Assembly (NCBI GenBank): GCA_000708835.1
Contig: DF237315.1
Location: forward strand, 8,213 to 72,212
DNA: 64,000 bases
Direction of reading: 5' to 3'
Source: Klebsormidium nitens
Taxonomy: Eukaryota; Plantae; Klebsormidiophyceae
In this document: in pieces, positions 1 to 13,277 of the stretch
Layout: each line of letters starts with the position of its first letter
Numbering within the stretch: position 1 is the first letter of the stretch
The notes under the pieces: generated by a model
The model's database searches: none
Seen by the model: the letters and a program-made list of their open reading frames with translations, nothing else
Told to the model about the DNA's origin: nothing
Translations under genes and position numbers: made by a program

Positions 1-1935
1 ATTGCAAGTGGAAAGTAAAGAAGGTACGGATGGATTCAAGAGGACCGTTGGCTGTTTGGGAGAATTTCAAGTCTGGTGCCAGGTGTGAGGCTCGTGCACT
101 TAGACCAACAAGAGGAGCATGCTTCAACATTCTTAAGTATGCCATCTGAGCGCTTCATGTGCAAACATATAAGGGCGCTGATTGGAGATTGAACCTCGTA
201 ATCAACGACTATGGAAGTTCGCAACATTTCGAATGTTGTACTTGTACCATCTTTGCATCCACAAGTATGCACCCGAAATAGGCCTGCACCTATGCGATGT
301 TGCATGACAAGCGAAGAAGAGTGGCCTCAGCATTGTGAAGAGTGTTGCAAAATGCGACTTGATGCTGCTCAATTACCCACTTTTCTCGCTACGGGCAAAG
401 ATCATTTGCCAATCACTCCTTTCAATGTCCCAATTGTAGAGCGTTGCATGTTGGCTTTCAAGCTGTAAGTATTCATTTGCTACACTACCCGATCGAACTC
501 TTGACTAGAAAATTGTGTCTGATCGTATCTGTTCCCGGCATGAAATGTACATGTACTCTCCAAAATGTTTCAACAGAGAAAGCGCAGTGATTGAAAAAAC
601 ATATCTTTCACGTTATAAAGTACATCTGCTCTTTTCGCAGGAGTTTCCATCAGAAGGCACATGAGGGTCCGTCAAAACAATATCTAAAAGCTGGGATAGT
701 AACATGCTGCTGGTTCAATCCATCGATCAACCGACCATGCACTTCTTTGAGATTTAATCTAAAGCCATGGGTCGAAGCTTGGAGCGGTGCAACTCGGGTC
801 GTCCTGGCTGCTGCTGAAGGTATGCTATGGATGCTGGGATTGAGAATTTGACATCGCCGACTTAGATTTCATATAGGCCCGCAGTCCGCTGTTATTTTGC
901 TTGCAGTCGAGGCTGAGTTTGGTCGAGAAGGTCAAAAATGCGTGCACGTATGGCCAAAAACTGCGCATACGTAACTGGCCCTACGAGCATACGTGTGCGA
1001 GGCGCACATTCTTGCCCTCAAAATGTCCCACTCGGGAACAGACCCATCGGACAGACCCCGTAGCGGGATTTTAAGGCCACCGGCAGAGACGGAAGGGGGG
1101 ACACGTGGCACCCTGAGATTGGCAGATTTTATGCCGGATTTCAGATGGTTAGTTGCTGTGGCGGTTGCCGTTATCCGCGCGCGTGGTACCTACACTGGCG
1201 ACGGTTGTTGAAAGCCACGGGTAGCTAAACTTGGAGTTAAATCCAGGTAGGTAGGTTGTCGCGACCTTGACACCTCCACCCGCTTTCAAATGAGCGATAC
1301 TCAACAACGTGCAGGAGTGTCAACAGTGAACATGCACTACGGCACTCTAGTCTTTGCACTACTGTAGTACTCCGTCGGAGTGCTGCACAGTGCATATGCC
1401 GCGTTCCTAGATGCCAGCAGGATGCCAGGTTCGTTGGCAGCAGCTTGTAGGATAGATGTGAGACTCATCTGTGCACAAGCTCTTTCTCGATCTGCTCTGA
1501 TTACTCCTACCCCGAAGAGGCAATTCAATACTTCCATCTCAATAGACCCATCGCCAGAAGAATGGAGCATGGTCGATCATGGAAAGCGCTCTAAGGCGGT
1601 CCCTACTGAGCCGATGCTTAGATGAGGACATGCCCCAAGCTTAAGACGAGCACCGTAGCGCATCTCCTCCTGCGAAAGGGAGAAGCTGAACACCTCCCTC
1701 AGGGTGAGCTAGAACCCTTAAGGACCTGAGGGCTCCAGCTTTGTTGCAAAAGGCTTCAGCACCGCTGGTGACCAAATCGCAGCTATTGGGAGACAGCTTG
1801 ACATGACATTACCAATCTGGTTTTGGAGCAGTCATAGACAATAGATGACACGGAATCTTCCCTCTGATACTGCTGACATCAGCTAGTTTAAGGCTCAGCT
1901 GTAAGGGATCAGGGTCACACGCCTGGCTTCCAACA

Positions 1936-4900
1936 ATGGGCCTTCCAGTCATCACAGGTCTTGCATTGATGCTCCTTTTGAACATCCCCATTCCCACAGA
2001 AGCTGACGATCTAAGCAGTGGCGAAGCTTATCAAAAATGCTCGCTTGGCAAGGGGCTTCCCAGCTTCTACACCAGCAATGTGGACAGAGGCCAGAAATGC
2101 GACAATGGAATTCTAACCACTACGCCACAATCTTTGACGGATCAAAGGCCTTTTCTAGTCAAGTTGACAAACGGGACTGCAGCTGACGTGGTTGATCAGA
2201 TGTGCTCTGGGAAGTATAATGGAACGTGTTCCTTCAAATACAAGGCCACCATCCATGGCATGACAGTGCTGATGGACCAGAGTACGCTGAAGGGGTTTAT
2301 GTATGATTACAAAGAGTTCATCGACCATGTCGAGGCTGTAGGAACAGCGTGGGTAGGAGCTGTCAACGTGGAATCATCACCACCGTGGGGTCTTGACAGG
2401 ATCGATCAAACACCAACGCAGTCAAAACTTGATCAAAAATACACCTGGGACACTACCAGGGATGGCTCGGGGGTGCACGTTTACGTGATTGATACGGTAA
2501 GCATACCTCAATATAATTTGGCTGATCTGGCTGATCACATGATGAAAAGAGTGTCCAAATAGCTGGTAAGAGCCTGGAACAGCTTTTCTTGGAATGCAGT
2601 ATTATGACACAGGATTCAATGGCAAAGATCAAGAAGTAAGGCTGTAGGAGATGGTAAGAGAAACCAGAGACTTTATCGCCTGCATTTTGCAATGCTGCAT
2701 GTTTGGAGCTCAACCAAAGCAATAGCTGCCTGCTTTTACTGCCCTGACGGGGCTTTATGAGGCTCCTCAACTCACATCCAAATTCTGATGCAGGGGATTC
2801 GAGCAACTCATAAAGACTTCTGGTATCCAGACGGGAGAACAAACTCGTCAGGATGGGCTCTAAATCGAATTGGCAATGGCGTTGACCTGGTGGCTGACGG
2901 GCAGGGTACAAACGATTGTCACGGGCATGGGACTCACTGCGCTGGTGTCGTAGGGGGGGTCTGGTCAGGGGTTGCTAAAGAAGCTATTCTTCATCCAGGT
3001 AATCTTACTCAATGACAAGCAAGTATGCTTCATGCTGTCTCACGCGATCTACAGATCTCATATCTTAATTGTCAGGAACCTTCGAAGTGCTAGTGCCGAT
3101 TTGATGTGTTGACAGTACTTGCCAGAGACCTGTTCAAACTGCTAAAATCTGCCATGGTGGCATGTAGAACGTATCGATTTCCAATTTTGGGTAGTAAAAT
3201 TGGTAATCTGCAAAGGAAACTGGTGGTATCACTTACTTATCCTGACATCTTATCCTTGTTTGCAGTTCGGACCATGGACTGCAACGGTAGCGGCTCTTAT
3301 GACGCAATCATTGGTGGCCTGGATTGGATTGGACAGAACTACCAGCTCCCAGGAGTTGTCAGCATGTCCTTGACAACCCCAGCTTCTCCAACTCTTGATG
3401 CCGCAGTTGCAAGTCTAGTTGATCTGGTAAGCACTCCAGCAATTAGCTCAGACTGCGGCACGCGCAGAAATGCCCTTACAAGAGTCAAAAGCCGCACTAG
3501 ACTGATCTAGATGGCAGTAAGGAGAGCAGGGTTTTAAAGAACACCGTCCTTCAATGCATCTCAACCTCTTCGTAGCTGGAATCGATGTGGAGCAAAGTGT
3601 CTACGTTTGGGCTCGACAGGTGCGAAACATGTGACGCGAATCTGGACATGAACATCTGTTGTTATATGAGTTCCATTCACTGAGTCAAGAGCACAGTCTC
3701 TAAGTAAAAATGAGCTCCTTATACAGGGCCTGGTGGTAGTTGCCGCTGCTGGTAACTACCACGCTGACGCCTGCGGCTACTCGCCTGCTAGAAGCTCGGC
3801 CGTCATTTCCGTCCAGTCGTCGAACAACATTGACCAGCAGTCGTCCTTCTCCAACTACGGCTCATGCACTTCGATCTTCGCTCCGGTACGGATCGAGCTC
3901 GACGTGCCATTCTTGATCAGCCTTTATATTTTATGGGGAGACTCCTCATCATCTGGATTGCAGTGCATGCTGATCCAATTACTGCATCAAGTCGGCAGCC
4001 GACGAACATGCTTGTAGTTGTCTTACAATAGGAGCGCTCGTGTTTATGTCTTCAGAACAATGATCCGCTGCTCGTTCCTTTCCGCAGGGAGAGGTTATTA
4101 ACAGCTGCGGAATTTCATCGGACATCTCGATTGTCGCCCTGTCAGGGACGTCGATGGCATGCCCAGCTGTGGTAAGCCTTAAATCGACGCTAACATCGTC
4201 CTTGTCGGTTGATCGGTGAAGGTGTTTGACGTTGTGTTAGCAGCAATCTGCTGGTACACCTTCTTAGCTGCGAGCAACCTGTCGTGGTACTTTTCGGTGT
4301 GTCTCTTTTGACACGGATCACACGCGTACAGCCTCTCAAGTAGTTCCCGTCTTTGTCTGCAGGCTGGTGCTGCGGCTGTTTATCTATCTCAGAACCCATC
4401 GGCCCGGCCAGCTGACGTGAGCCAGGCCATCCTGGATGCTTCTCTGCCGTCAGCTATCTCCGTGACCTCAGGTTGGTCAGTCCTTACATCCGGAGCAAAA
4501 AATTGTGTCTCACGTGCTTTCTGCCGCTGCCTCGAAAGCCTGTACGTCACATCCTGATCGGTAGCACCACCAACATCACGTCCTCAGCTTTACCAAAGGC
4601 GGCAGCTTTTGCCCACCTTTCAATTGATTCCAAAGTCCTAAGTCGAGCCCGCAGATTAGAAACCGAGCTTCTGACTCACCCTTCCCTCGTGCCAGATACT
4701 GCGTCGCCGAAAAGACTGCTGAACATCAACATGCAAACCCCCTACATGACGGTCAGCCCCCGTACAATTGTCCAAACTGAGAACTCGACGGTGACGATCA
4801 CAATAAGCCTCAGCAGTGCTCCGCGCTACAACGTTGTTGTGCAGTTCGGCCTGGGGGACTCCACAGTCGGTGAGCCTATCTTTGACCTTGTTTTTCCTCA

Positions 4901-7900
4901 ACAGTCGACGGCCTTACAATGACTGCCAGACACTTCAAGATCCAGGGCGTTTTGGCAGCTTCATGCTGGTGCGAAGCTGATGTTTCGATCTGTGACGTCG
5001 TGAGGATCTTGTGAGGATCTTGGGCATTTTGGATGCTACAAAAGCAAGTTAAAAAACCTACTATTGTCTCGTTCTACTCACGACTATTCCTTCCATCAGA
5101 TACATCACGTGGACATTTTGCAAACGGAAAAGCCGTGGAAGTAAACACCCATGCCAGTATACATGAGTTAAAATCGGTTTGCGACCAACTTCGGATGCGA
5201 ATAGGAAGCTCGTGCATTACACTTCCGAACCTGCTTGTCCATCACATAACTTCCGCCGTACTCGCCCCTTTTTCAGGGCTCTTCGTTGAACAAAGCCGCT
5301 TAACCTACTTCAGCCCCTCGGACTGGCGGACCAACCGCACAGTAGTTTTGCAGCTTCTCACATCCCCAGGTAAAGTTCCAGGCTTGATAAACTCCGTTTG
5401 AATCTTATACAGGCTACTTCAGCGATGCTTCGAAGTACTTCACGACCACGGCTTGGAAAAGCCCTGTAACTGTCAGGTTCATTCTTCCATTCAATCAAGG
5501 TGAGGCTTTGCGACGCAAAGCTTTCATCTTAAGGTTGCACTGGCCTACAATAGCACCCGCTGTTTCTTGATAGATTCAAAAGCGATTACTTTCGCATGCA
5601 GGCCTTCTCAGAATGCGTACACGTAATTCCTTCTGCCAAGTCCTGCCTCGTTTTGGACGTCATCCGTCATTTTAAAGGCTGTGGCTCATGTGCAAAGTAA
5701 ACGGTCCGTTCAGCTTGAGATCCTTCATTCGACTATGATTATATTCTCAGAAAACGAGGTTAGGCTCCACCGTGTTCTCGTCACTTCACAAGCCTAACCC
5801 GGTCTCCACTGCTTGTAAATGCAGATTTCCTGGACCACACGACGTCCATGACTTTCACTTTCCTAAGCAAAGACCCCAACTTCAACAAGGTTTTGAGCGG
5901 CCAAGTGACAAGTCAAGACACAGGTAACAAGTCTTGCCCTCTTTTAAGGCACGCCTGCAACTAAAACAGCTTCGCGTGAAATGAATCTCAGAGTGTCAGC
6001 AGCCCGACAATGGTTTCATAATAAACCAGGTCTCTGCCAATCCGATTAACTTGATGCTGGTCGTTCCTGAACGTTCACTGCAATCCATGCCCCGCCAGAC
6101 CAGATCGCTGAAGAATTGCAAAGGCTCGGACAATACCGGGAAACAAGCCATCTGGATCGAGCTTGGCATCCTTCTCTGTTCAGAGTCATGTATTGGCCGG
6201 AATGAAGTCGAGTTCTCATGCGTTATTCAACCACCGAGAACGCTCCTATCGTTCACTCTATTGTACTAAAAGTTTCAGCCGGCAGAATTAAGATGCCGGA
6301 CATGAGTTGCGAGTTGGAGCACCGAATCGAGCAATTATTGGTCAATGCAAACCTGTATTCACTTGTGTTGTGCAAAGACGTGTGCCGGCCTTGCGGCGGC
6401 ACTCTGGACTACCCCAAGGTCATTCCCCGCCTTCCATTCTATCAAGAGGGCTCGACCCACTTCTCCCCCACAACCATAACCACAGCCAGCTTCTCGGGAT
6501 CTTGCGGTGGTGCGGGCCCCAACATGATCTACATGCTTATGCCTCCTTGGGACATGGTGAGTTAACCAGCCGGATCAAAGATTGTCTATACAGGGCGATC
6601 CTTGCGTCAAGATTCAGTTTGGAGTATGCTATGATCGATACCGACGAATGCTGCACATATGGTACGCCAGAAAGTGACAAGGTTCAAAGAGACCGCGCTT
6701 CTTTGTCATGGCCTGGCGGAAAGTAACAAGTTCTAACCAATTGCTTCAAAGTTTTGCGTTCTGTCAAGCAAAGTGACAAACCTCTCTTCTCCGCAACTCA
6801 GCGACAAGCCTGTTTCTGGTGCAGACCGTGACCGCACATGTCTGCAACAGCCAGTTCGACACAGTTTTGACTATTCTGAAACGGACCGGAAAGACGTCCG
6901 CCGGAATCCAGACGGTTGTGCAGGCCTGCAACGACGACTCCTGCAGTATTCAGAGCCGAGTCACAAACGTTGCCTTGACAAAGAATACTGTTTACTACTT
7001 CGTGAGCCTCCCAACCTTCCTTCCACGCTTCCAGGATATCACTCCAATTTTGGATGCCGGTCCTCTTGTTTTCGATGCTTCAAAGCTGCTTGTACTCATC
7101 CAAGCAGCGTATTCGCTCTGCACTGCAGCACATCAAAACAGTATAAAGAAAGCTGCGATTTGCAGGAAGAACACCGCTCTGATAGCGGCGGGTACCTGAG
7201 TTGCTTGGCTGGTTTGCGACGTTCATCCTCGATGCCGCAACTTAGTCCATTCGGCTCGACATAAGGCCCGTTAACAAGACCCTAAACATCAAATGTTTTC
7301 CCTTTCAGGTGATCAACGGCTACGCAAAGGACAACGGTCTTTACGGCATCAACGTGACGTCTCCAACGCCTCGTGAGTGCGCTACCTGAACAATCAATAC
7401 CAGAGGTTTTTGTCACATGTTACACAAAAGTTACTCTTCCTTGTTGTCATGTACAGCGTCCGCTTCCGGATCCGATTATGACCGCGGAAAGGATCCGTTT
7501 AGAAGAGGAGATTCTTCTAGAAAGTTTGAACAACTGAAACAGAAAAAGGGGCACCTCAATTGAAAGGAATCTCTTAGCCAATCCCGCTGCTCCGAAAGAT
7601 GAATTCAACCAACTTTTTGCATCGGTTCAGCTCCTTCGGGACAAAAGTGGCTGGCGCCCAAGGCGGTCGTGGCGCCCCCGACCACATCCAGTTTGACCGT
7701 GGCCGAAGCGGCAGTCTTGGCGGAGGCTAAAGGGACAGTCAATATTCTCTCCGTGGACTCCCCCGCACCTTCTTCCCCGGTCATGGTGGACGGCAAGCTC
7801 TTCACAAAGTGGAACACGATGGGGTCTCTGCCACCCGCGAGCTCGGGGGCGCCGCTGGCAGAAAACCCGACTGCGAACGCGCCCTACTGGAGCGTCTCGC

Positions 7901-10900
7901 CTTGGACGGACTGCTCTGCGGAGTGCGGCGGCGGAGTCCAGGTGAATAGACGCTCCTCTTATTGGAGCGAATGTACACTATTGTTGAGACGCCCCATCCG
8001 ATCCTGTGACGAAGTTCATACACATATACGTGAACCTTGTGTTTCTGCTGCTTTAGAGGGTAGATTGCTACATAAGTGCTTAGGGTCCGCAAATAGCCAG
8101 GTGACAAATCTTGACATCCCCTGCGAAGACGAGATCGCTCGAGAATGCGACTCGTGAAACAACGTTCTGAACGAGAGGCTGGTGCCAGATCACAAGTTTC
8201 AGCAGCCTCGCGCTTTTCAAGAGCCGACAAGTTCCTCACGCTTCTCTGCTGCAGGATCGTGTGGTCACGTGCCTCGCGACGGACGGCAGCCCGGTCTCCG
8301 CAGACAACTACTGCGACGTGTCCGTACGGCCGTCCGAAAGGCAGCCCTGCAATACTCAGCCCTGCATGACGTATTCAGTCTACACTGGGCCGTGGAGCGA
8401 GTGCTCTGTCAGCTGCGGCGGCGGCAGCCAGGATCGCTCGTCTCACTGCCAGGTAAGAGGCTCTTGATCATTTGACGTCCTTGACTATAAAACGCTGCAA
8501 GTGCTCGGGCCAAAATGCTTTCCTTCACATCGAAGTGCGTCAGATTCGGGTCCTCAAGCATCTTCGAAGGGGCGAAGGTCCTTGTACCGTCTAGGAATAT
8601 AATAGGCAGCCACGGGAGGTTGGAAAACCTGGACCACTAGAACGCTTTCAAATGTATATCTACAAAGATATGCTGACTTCGTTCGAACGTCCCACAGAAA
8701 AATCACTAGCCTCTTGCATCGGGGTTTTCTCATTCTACGGTCTTCTCGCAATCATCCAACGGGATTAAGTCGTGCATCCTTTTCCTCTCAGGACCAATTC
8801 GGCAACACCGCAGCCCCCGAGGCCTGCGGCCTCTCGGTGGATGACCTTGCAAATAGAGCGGGCAACACTCAGGCCTGCAACACAGGTCCGTGCGGAGACT
8901 ACTACTTTTCCCCGGGGCCGTGGTCGGTGTGCAACGCCCCCTGCCAGTGGGGTCACGCAACCAGGGACGTCCCTTGCGTGCAGAGGGCGTCAAACGCGAC
9001 GGTGGATCTTGGCTTGTGCTATGGAGGTGAGCGATCACTTGGATATGCCGCAGACGACAATCTCAGAGTTTGCCAGGCATTAGTTCCTCAAAATCCAGGA
9101 TGAACTGTTTTCGTACACGTCACAAGATGATCAGAAGCTCAAGCTATGCTCCGTGGTACGAAGAGTTGTGTAGAACGTAACGTGATAAGGATAGGTATCC
9201 AGATGCACTCAGTGTCGTACCAAGAGTTGCCCCGTCAAATCGATTCCTCTTCGCCCCTGCGCAGCCTCCTTGTATGGATCCCCTGTCGAGTACTTCTCCA
9301 GCGAGAAGGCCTGCAACACCCAGCCCTGCGGCGCCTTCTCTTGGATGGTCGGCCCTTGGAGCGCCTGCCAATCAGGAAATGGCACGTGTCACAATGGCAC
9401 GCAGACCCGCCTGGTGGAGTGCCTGGACTCGAACGGCAACACTCGGACACCTGCCACGTGTTCGGAGCAGCCCGCGCCAGCAAATGTCACCACGTGCAGC
9501 ACGCTCAGCAACTACTGCGATCCTTATGAGGGAGGCTCAGCCTGCTCGGAACACGGGACCTGCGACAACACCGGTGAGCCTTTGCCCAGATCCAGCAGTC
9601 AATTTTCTGCAGGGGGACCAAACACCCCTGAAAAGCCGCGAACCATGTTCCGCACCGTCAGATGAGAGCTTTTCCAACTTTGACGGCCACGATTGCATAA
9701 TCTCGATGTCCCAAGGCCGATGCGGTCCTCGGTTGGTCTGAGGGGGGGGTAAAGAAGACTGGTTAGGAAAAGATTGATGATTTGTTGGGTGTAAAACTCA
9801 CCTAAACCAGCCCTCTACTACTCTTGAATGGCACTTGGCCGGGACACCAAAAATTCGGGGTTTCGAAGGTGACCCTGTGGAGGTTTAAACCCACCAGTTT
9901 TCGTTTTCGGGCAACTAGCCGTTTAGCTGCTGAAATATGGTTCGGGCTGCTGACCTTTTTTCCTGAGGCGTTTGGTCCGCCCGATTTGTTGCTGGGAAAG
10001 ATCACGAACAGTTTCATCTTTATTGATACAATGAATCGGTTATCCACAGACCTCGAGGCGACCCAATCTTCTCCTTTTCACGGCAGTGAGGATGCTTCAG
10101 ACGTCTGCAGTCCGAGCTCAAAGGATCCCAAGACTCCTACCCAAGTTGTTCTCGTAAGGATTGCCGCTTCATCGAAGCTCTCGTGTTTGTGCCAGACACT
10201 GGTTTGAAGCAAGCAAATCTGAACTAGAGCTCAGATCTGTGACTTTATTTAGCAGGGACCTGCACTTGCCAGGCCGGATGGGGCGGCCCCCTCTGCGACC
10301 TTCCAACCGCAGGGCCGTGCGCGGGCGGCCGGCCGGACGTCCGCGGCGCGTGCTGCCTGTCCGGCGTCCTCGACGTCCGCGGCGCGTGCTGCCGGAACAG
10401 CACGCTCGCCGGCGCGCCAATGCTCCTGGACGGCGCCGGACGGTGCTGCGCGTCCGGGTCCGTGGACGCCTGCGGCGTCTGCGACGGCGCCGGCAAGTTC
10501 GTCGACAGCACCGGCGCGTGCTGCGAGACGACGCGCGACGAGTCGGGCGTGTGCTGCGCGAGCGGGCTGCTCGACGAGTGCCTGGTGTGCGACGGGGACG
10601 GCACCAGCTGCGCGTCCGCGGTTACCCTAACCCTGACGCTGACCACGCCGCTAGACGCCGCCGTTAACGCGACGGTGGTGTCCGCGAACCTCGCGGTCGG
10701 CGTCGCGGCCGCGCTGGGCCTGGCGAAGCGCGCAGTGCACGTCACCGACTTCGTGGCCGTTAACACGACGGAGGGCGCGGGCCAGATGAGCAGCCCGGAC
10801 CCGAGCGCCGGGAAGAGCCGGCCCCTGGCCGAGTACGTCTACGTCGATCTGATGGTGCAGCCGCTGGGAATGAGCGACAGCTCAGTCGTGGGGCGGAGCG

Positions 10901-12476
10901 CGTCTGTCATTGCCGCTCTCGACACGGCTCTTGGCGGCGGAAACGGGCCGCTCGCGCTGAGCCAGTTTGGCTTCCCAGATGGGGTGATGCTCGAAAGCGT
11001 GGACCCCGTTGTGAGGCGAGGGATCTGCGGGAATGGCGTGTGCGAGGTGAGAAGCACATTATTTGGATACATACATAAAGGATGGTGGCCTGAGTTATGT
11101 TTCGTCCGCAACCTTGGACTCAGAGTGATGCTATTATCTGAAAAGTCGTGCTTTCTTTCTTTGTCGTATGACCGCAAAGTCAGAATTCCGAAAGAAGTAA
11201 CTTTTTGCTGAGTCACCCTCCTGCCGTGGGGGACAGAGAAATGAAGCACACCGTGACTAAGCTCAATGCATCTGATTAATGAGCATGGCTCAGCAGGAGT
11301 GTAGAGTACAGGGATAAAACAGCACGACTCGAACTTTGTCTATGAAAGAGTACCGTTCAAACCGTCCTTAAGATCTCTTGCGCACCCCTTTCTAGATCGG
11401 CGAGCGCTGCACGCCGCTCGGCACCAGCGCGAGCGGCCCCGCCAACGACTCCTCCGCGGTGCCACAATCGCCCCCCCAGTGCTGCTACAAGGACTGCCCG
11501 TACGTCGCTCAGGCTTGTCCCCTCGCCCTGACTGGCCCCCTCAGCGGCCAGGTTTGCGGCGCGCGCGGCCGCTGTCTCGACGCAACTGGCACGTGCGACT
11601 GCTTCGTGGGCCACACGGGCACCGACTGCAGTCTGTGCGTCCGGGGTTTCGTACCAACCGCATCGGGTTTGTGCGTTAACCCGGAAAGTGGAAAGCAGAA
11701 CGGAACGGTGGCCGGGTTGGAGGGAACCCCAGGTTCCGGGCCCACTGGCGCGCCGTCGGGGTCGGGGAGCGGCTCTGGGGTGGCGGCGACCGCGGGAACG
11801 AACAGCACGAAGCTGATCATAGGGCTGGTACGTTTCCGTTCTGGGGTGTCCAATATCAGACAATCTGGATTTTCGCTGCCTTGGACACTCCTTTGTGAGC
11901 AGTTGCAGCTTTGTGTGAGATATAGATGCAAGCAAAAGGTTCCGTTTGAGGTACTGTTCGTTTGGGAGACGCCTGTTTGGTGCAAATCTAGGTAAATCTG
12001 TTCCAGCTTATGATGAACGCGCAGCAATACGTGAACCATTCGTGAACCATTGTTTTGTGTGTATACAGCCAGGAGGACGCTTGTCCAGACTATTACAATT
12101 TGGCCACCAGTTGCGCGCTTTTGAAACGGTCAACAAACCCAGCAAGTGAGACTTGTGCTCCACTTTTTTCCAGGTTGTCGGTCTGGCCGTCGTGATTGTG
12201 GCCGCGGCTGCGGCCGCGGTGATCATCCGAAAGAAGCGCACGCCCCGCCAGGGCGCGCCTGCTGCCGCTGCGACTGCGTCCGTCAGTCCCTTGACGGCTC
12301 CCACTGCTTCGACTTCCGAAGCATCCCAAGTCCCGACTGAAAAGGATGCAAAGAAGGAGACCGGCGAGTCTGCTGTGGGCGTTGGCTCGCAGGCAGAAAC
12401 GGCAGAGCCGACCTCCCCGAGATCGATCCCTCACCTGAACGGCGAAAGCACGGAAATAGCTCCGGCACAGCATTAA
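1936..12476 (+). CDS. Multi-exon type I membrane subtilisin-like serine protease (S8, proteinase K/aqualysin type): signal peptide, I9-like prodomain, S8, bacterial-type middle domains, 4x TSP1, EGF, Cys-rich repeats, SEA-like segment, EGF, TM, short tail
   Basis: Hand-spliced GT-AG exons give an intact triad: VIDT|GIR (2496/2794), HGHGTHCAG (~2920), AAGN (~3750), GTSMACP (4145-4165). PWGLDRIDQ motif at ~2380. TSP1 motifs include WSVSPWTDCSAECGGG and GPWSECSVSCGGGSQ. TM LIIGL|VVGLAVVIVAAAAAAVII followed by RKKR; stop at 12476. Some middle exons (5.4-6.4 kb, 7.4-7.7 kb) are not fully resolved. Confidence 0.9.
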
Positions 12477-13113
12477 AGTACAATCCGACGGATGGTTCTT
12501 ACTCTGTCGTGTGGGGTGGGTGGAGAGGAAGGGAACGCTATTTATAGGGAGCGTAGTTGAGCAGTGCTTGCCAAACAGGTGCGGTCCGCTTGCAGCAATT
12601 ACGTGTATTACCGGCACTCAGGCGCACGCTTAAAAAAGTTTTTTGTGAGGATAGGGGCGTACAACGGTATGTCTCTTGCCAGACCCTGTTGGCGAATTTG
12701 CTGCATGGACGGGCGGATGCCTCGAATTCGATCTAATCCGCAAGTGGGCGCATGGGCACGTTAGACAGTCGTAAGTTAACATCGACAAGACTGGTACGCT
12801 ATGCAACTCCAAAATAATGATCGACAAGAATCAGGCGGCTTCCTTAGAAATACACGCCATGCTTTCATAGCAGGCTTTGATATGAGAGCAGGAAGCTCTG
12901 AGATGATAACGTGCCTTTTCTCTGATTCTCTGCCCCGTTCTGATTCTCGAGAAGGTAGTGCCCCTTAAATTAATCTGCCTCTCCAGCTATTGACCCTTCT
13001 TACCCGCAAACGATTTGAAACGCTTCTCCTTACGTCCTTGTGAGCTGATGGCAATTTCTGGTCGAGATCGGTGAGTCTGGTTGCAGGATAGTAAATACTT
13101 CTGCCCTCAGAAT

Positions 13114-13277
13114 CCAACCAGCACTCCGTGAAAAGCGAACCAGGGCTTTTAATAGCTTTGGCTTCAAAAATGTAGGGGGTCGCTTCATCGCTTCCCAACC
13201 AGCACTCCGAGAAAAGCGAACCAGGGCTTTCAATAGCTTTGGCTTCAAAAATGTAGAGGGTCGCTTCATCGCTTCCC
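13114..13277. repeat. 81-bp tandem duplication (2 near-identical copies)
   Basis: ccaaccagcactccg...cgcttcatcgcttc begins at 13114 and at 13195; it reads as a duplicated 27-aa block in minus-strand ORF 13030-13509. Confidence 0.9.

Noticed and set aside
1-1900. Short ORFs upstream of the subtilase
   Set aside because: No motifs, codon bias or splice-consistent structure; treated as intergenic.
10621-10640. Telomere-like gttaccctaaccct
   Set aside because: Simply encodes VTLTLTLT inside a subtilase exon.
10161-11935. Long overlapping and antisense ORFs in the track
   Set aside because: Shadow frames of very GC-rich exons; only the spliced + frame carries coherent domains.
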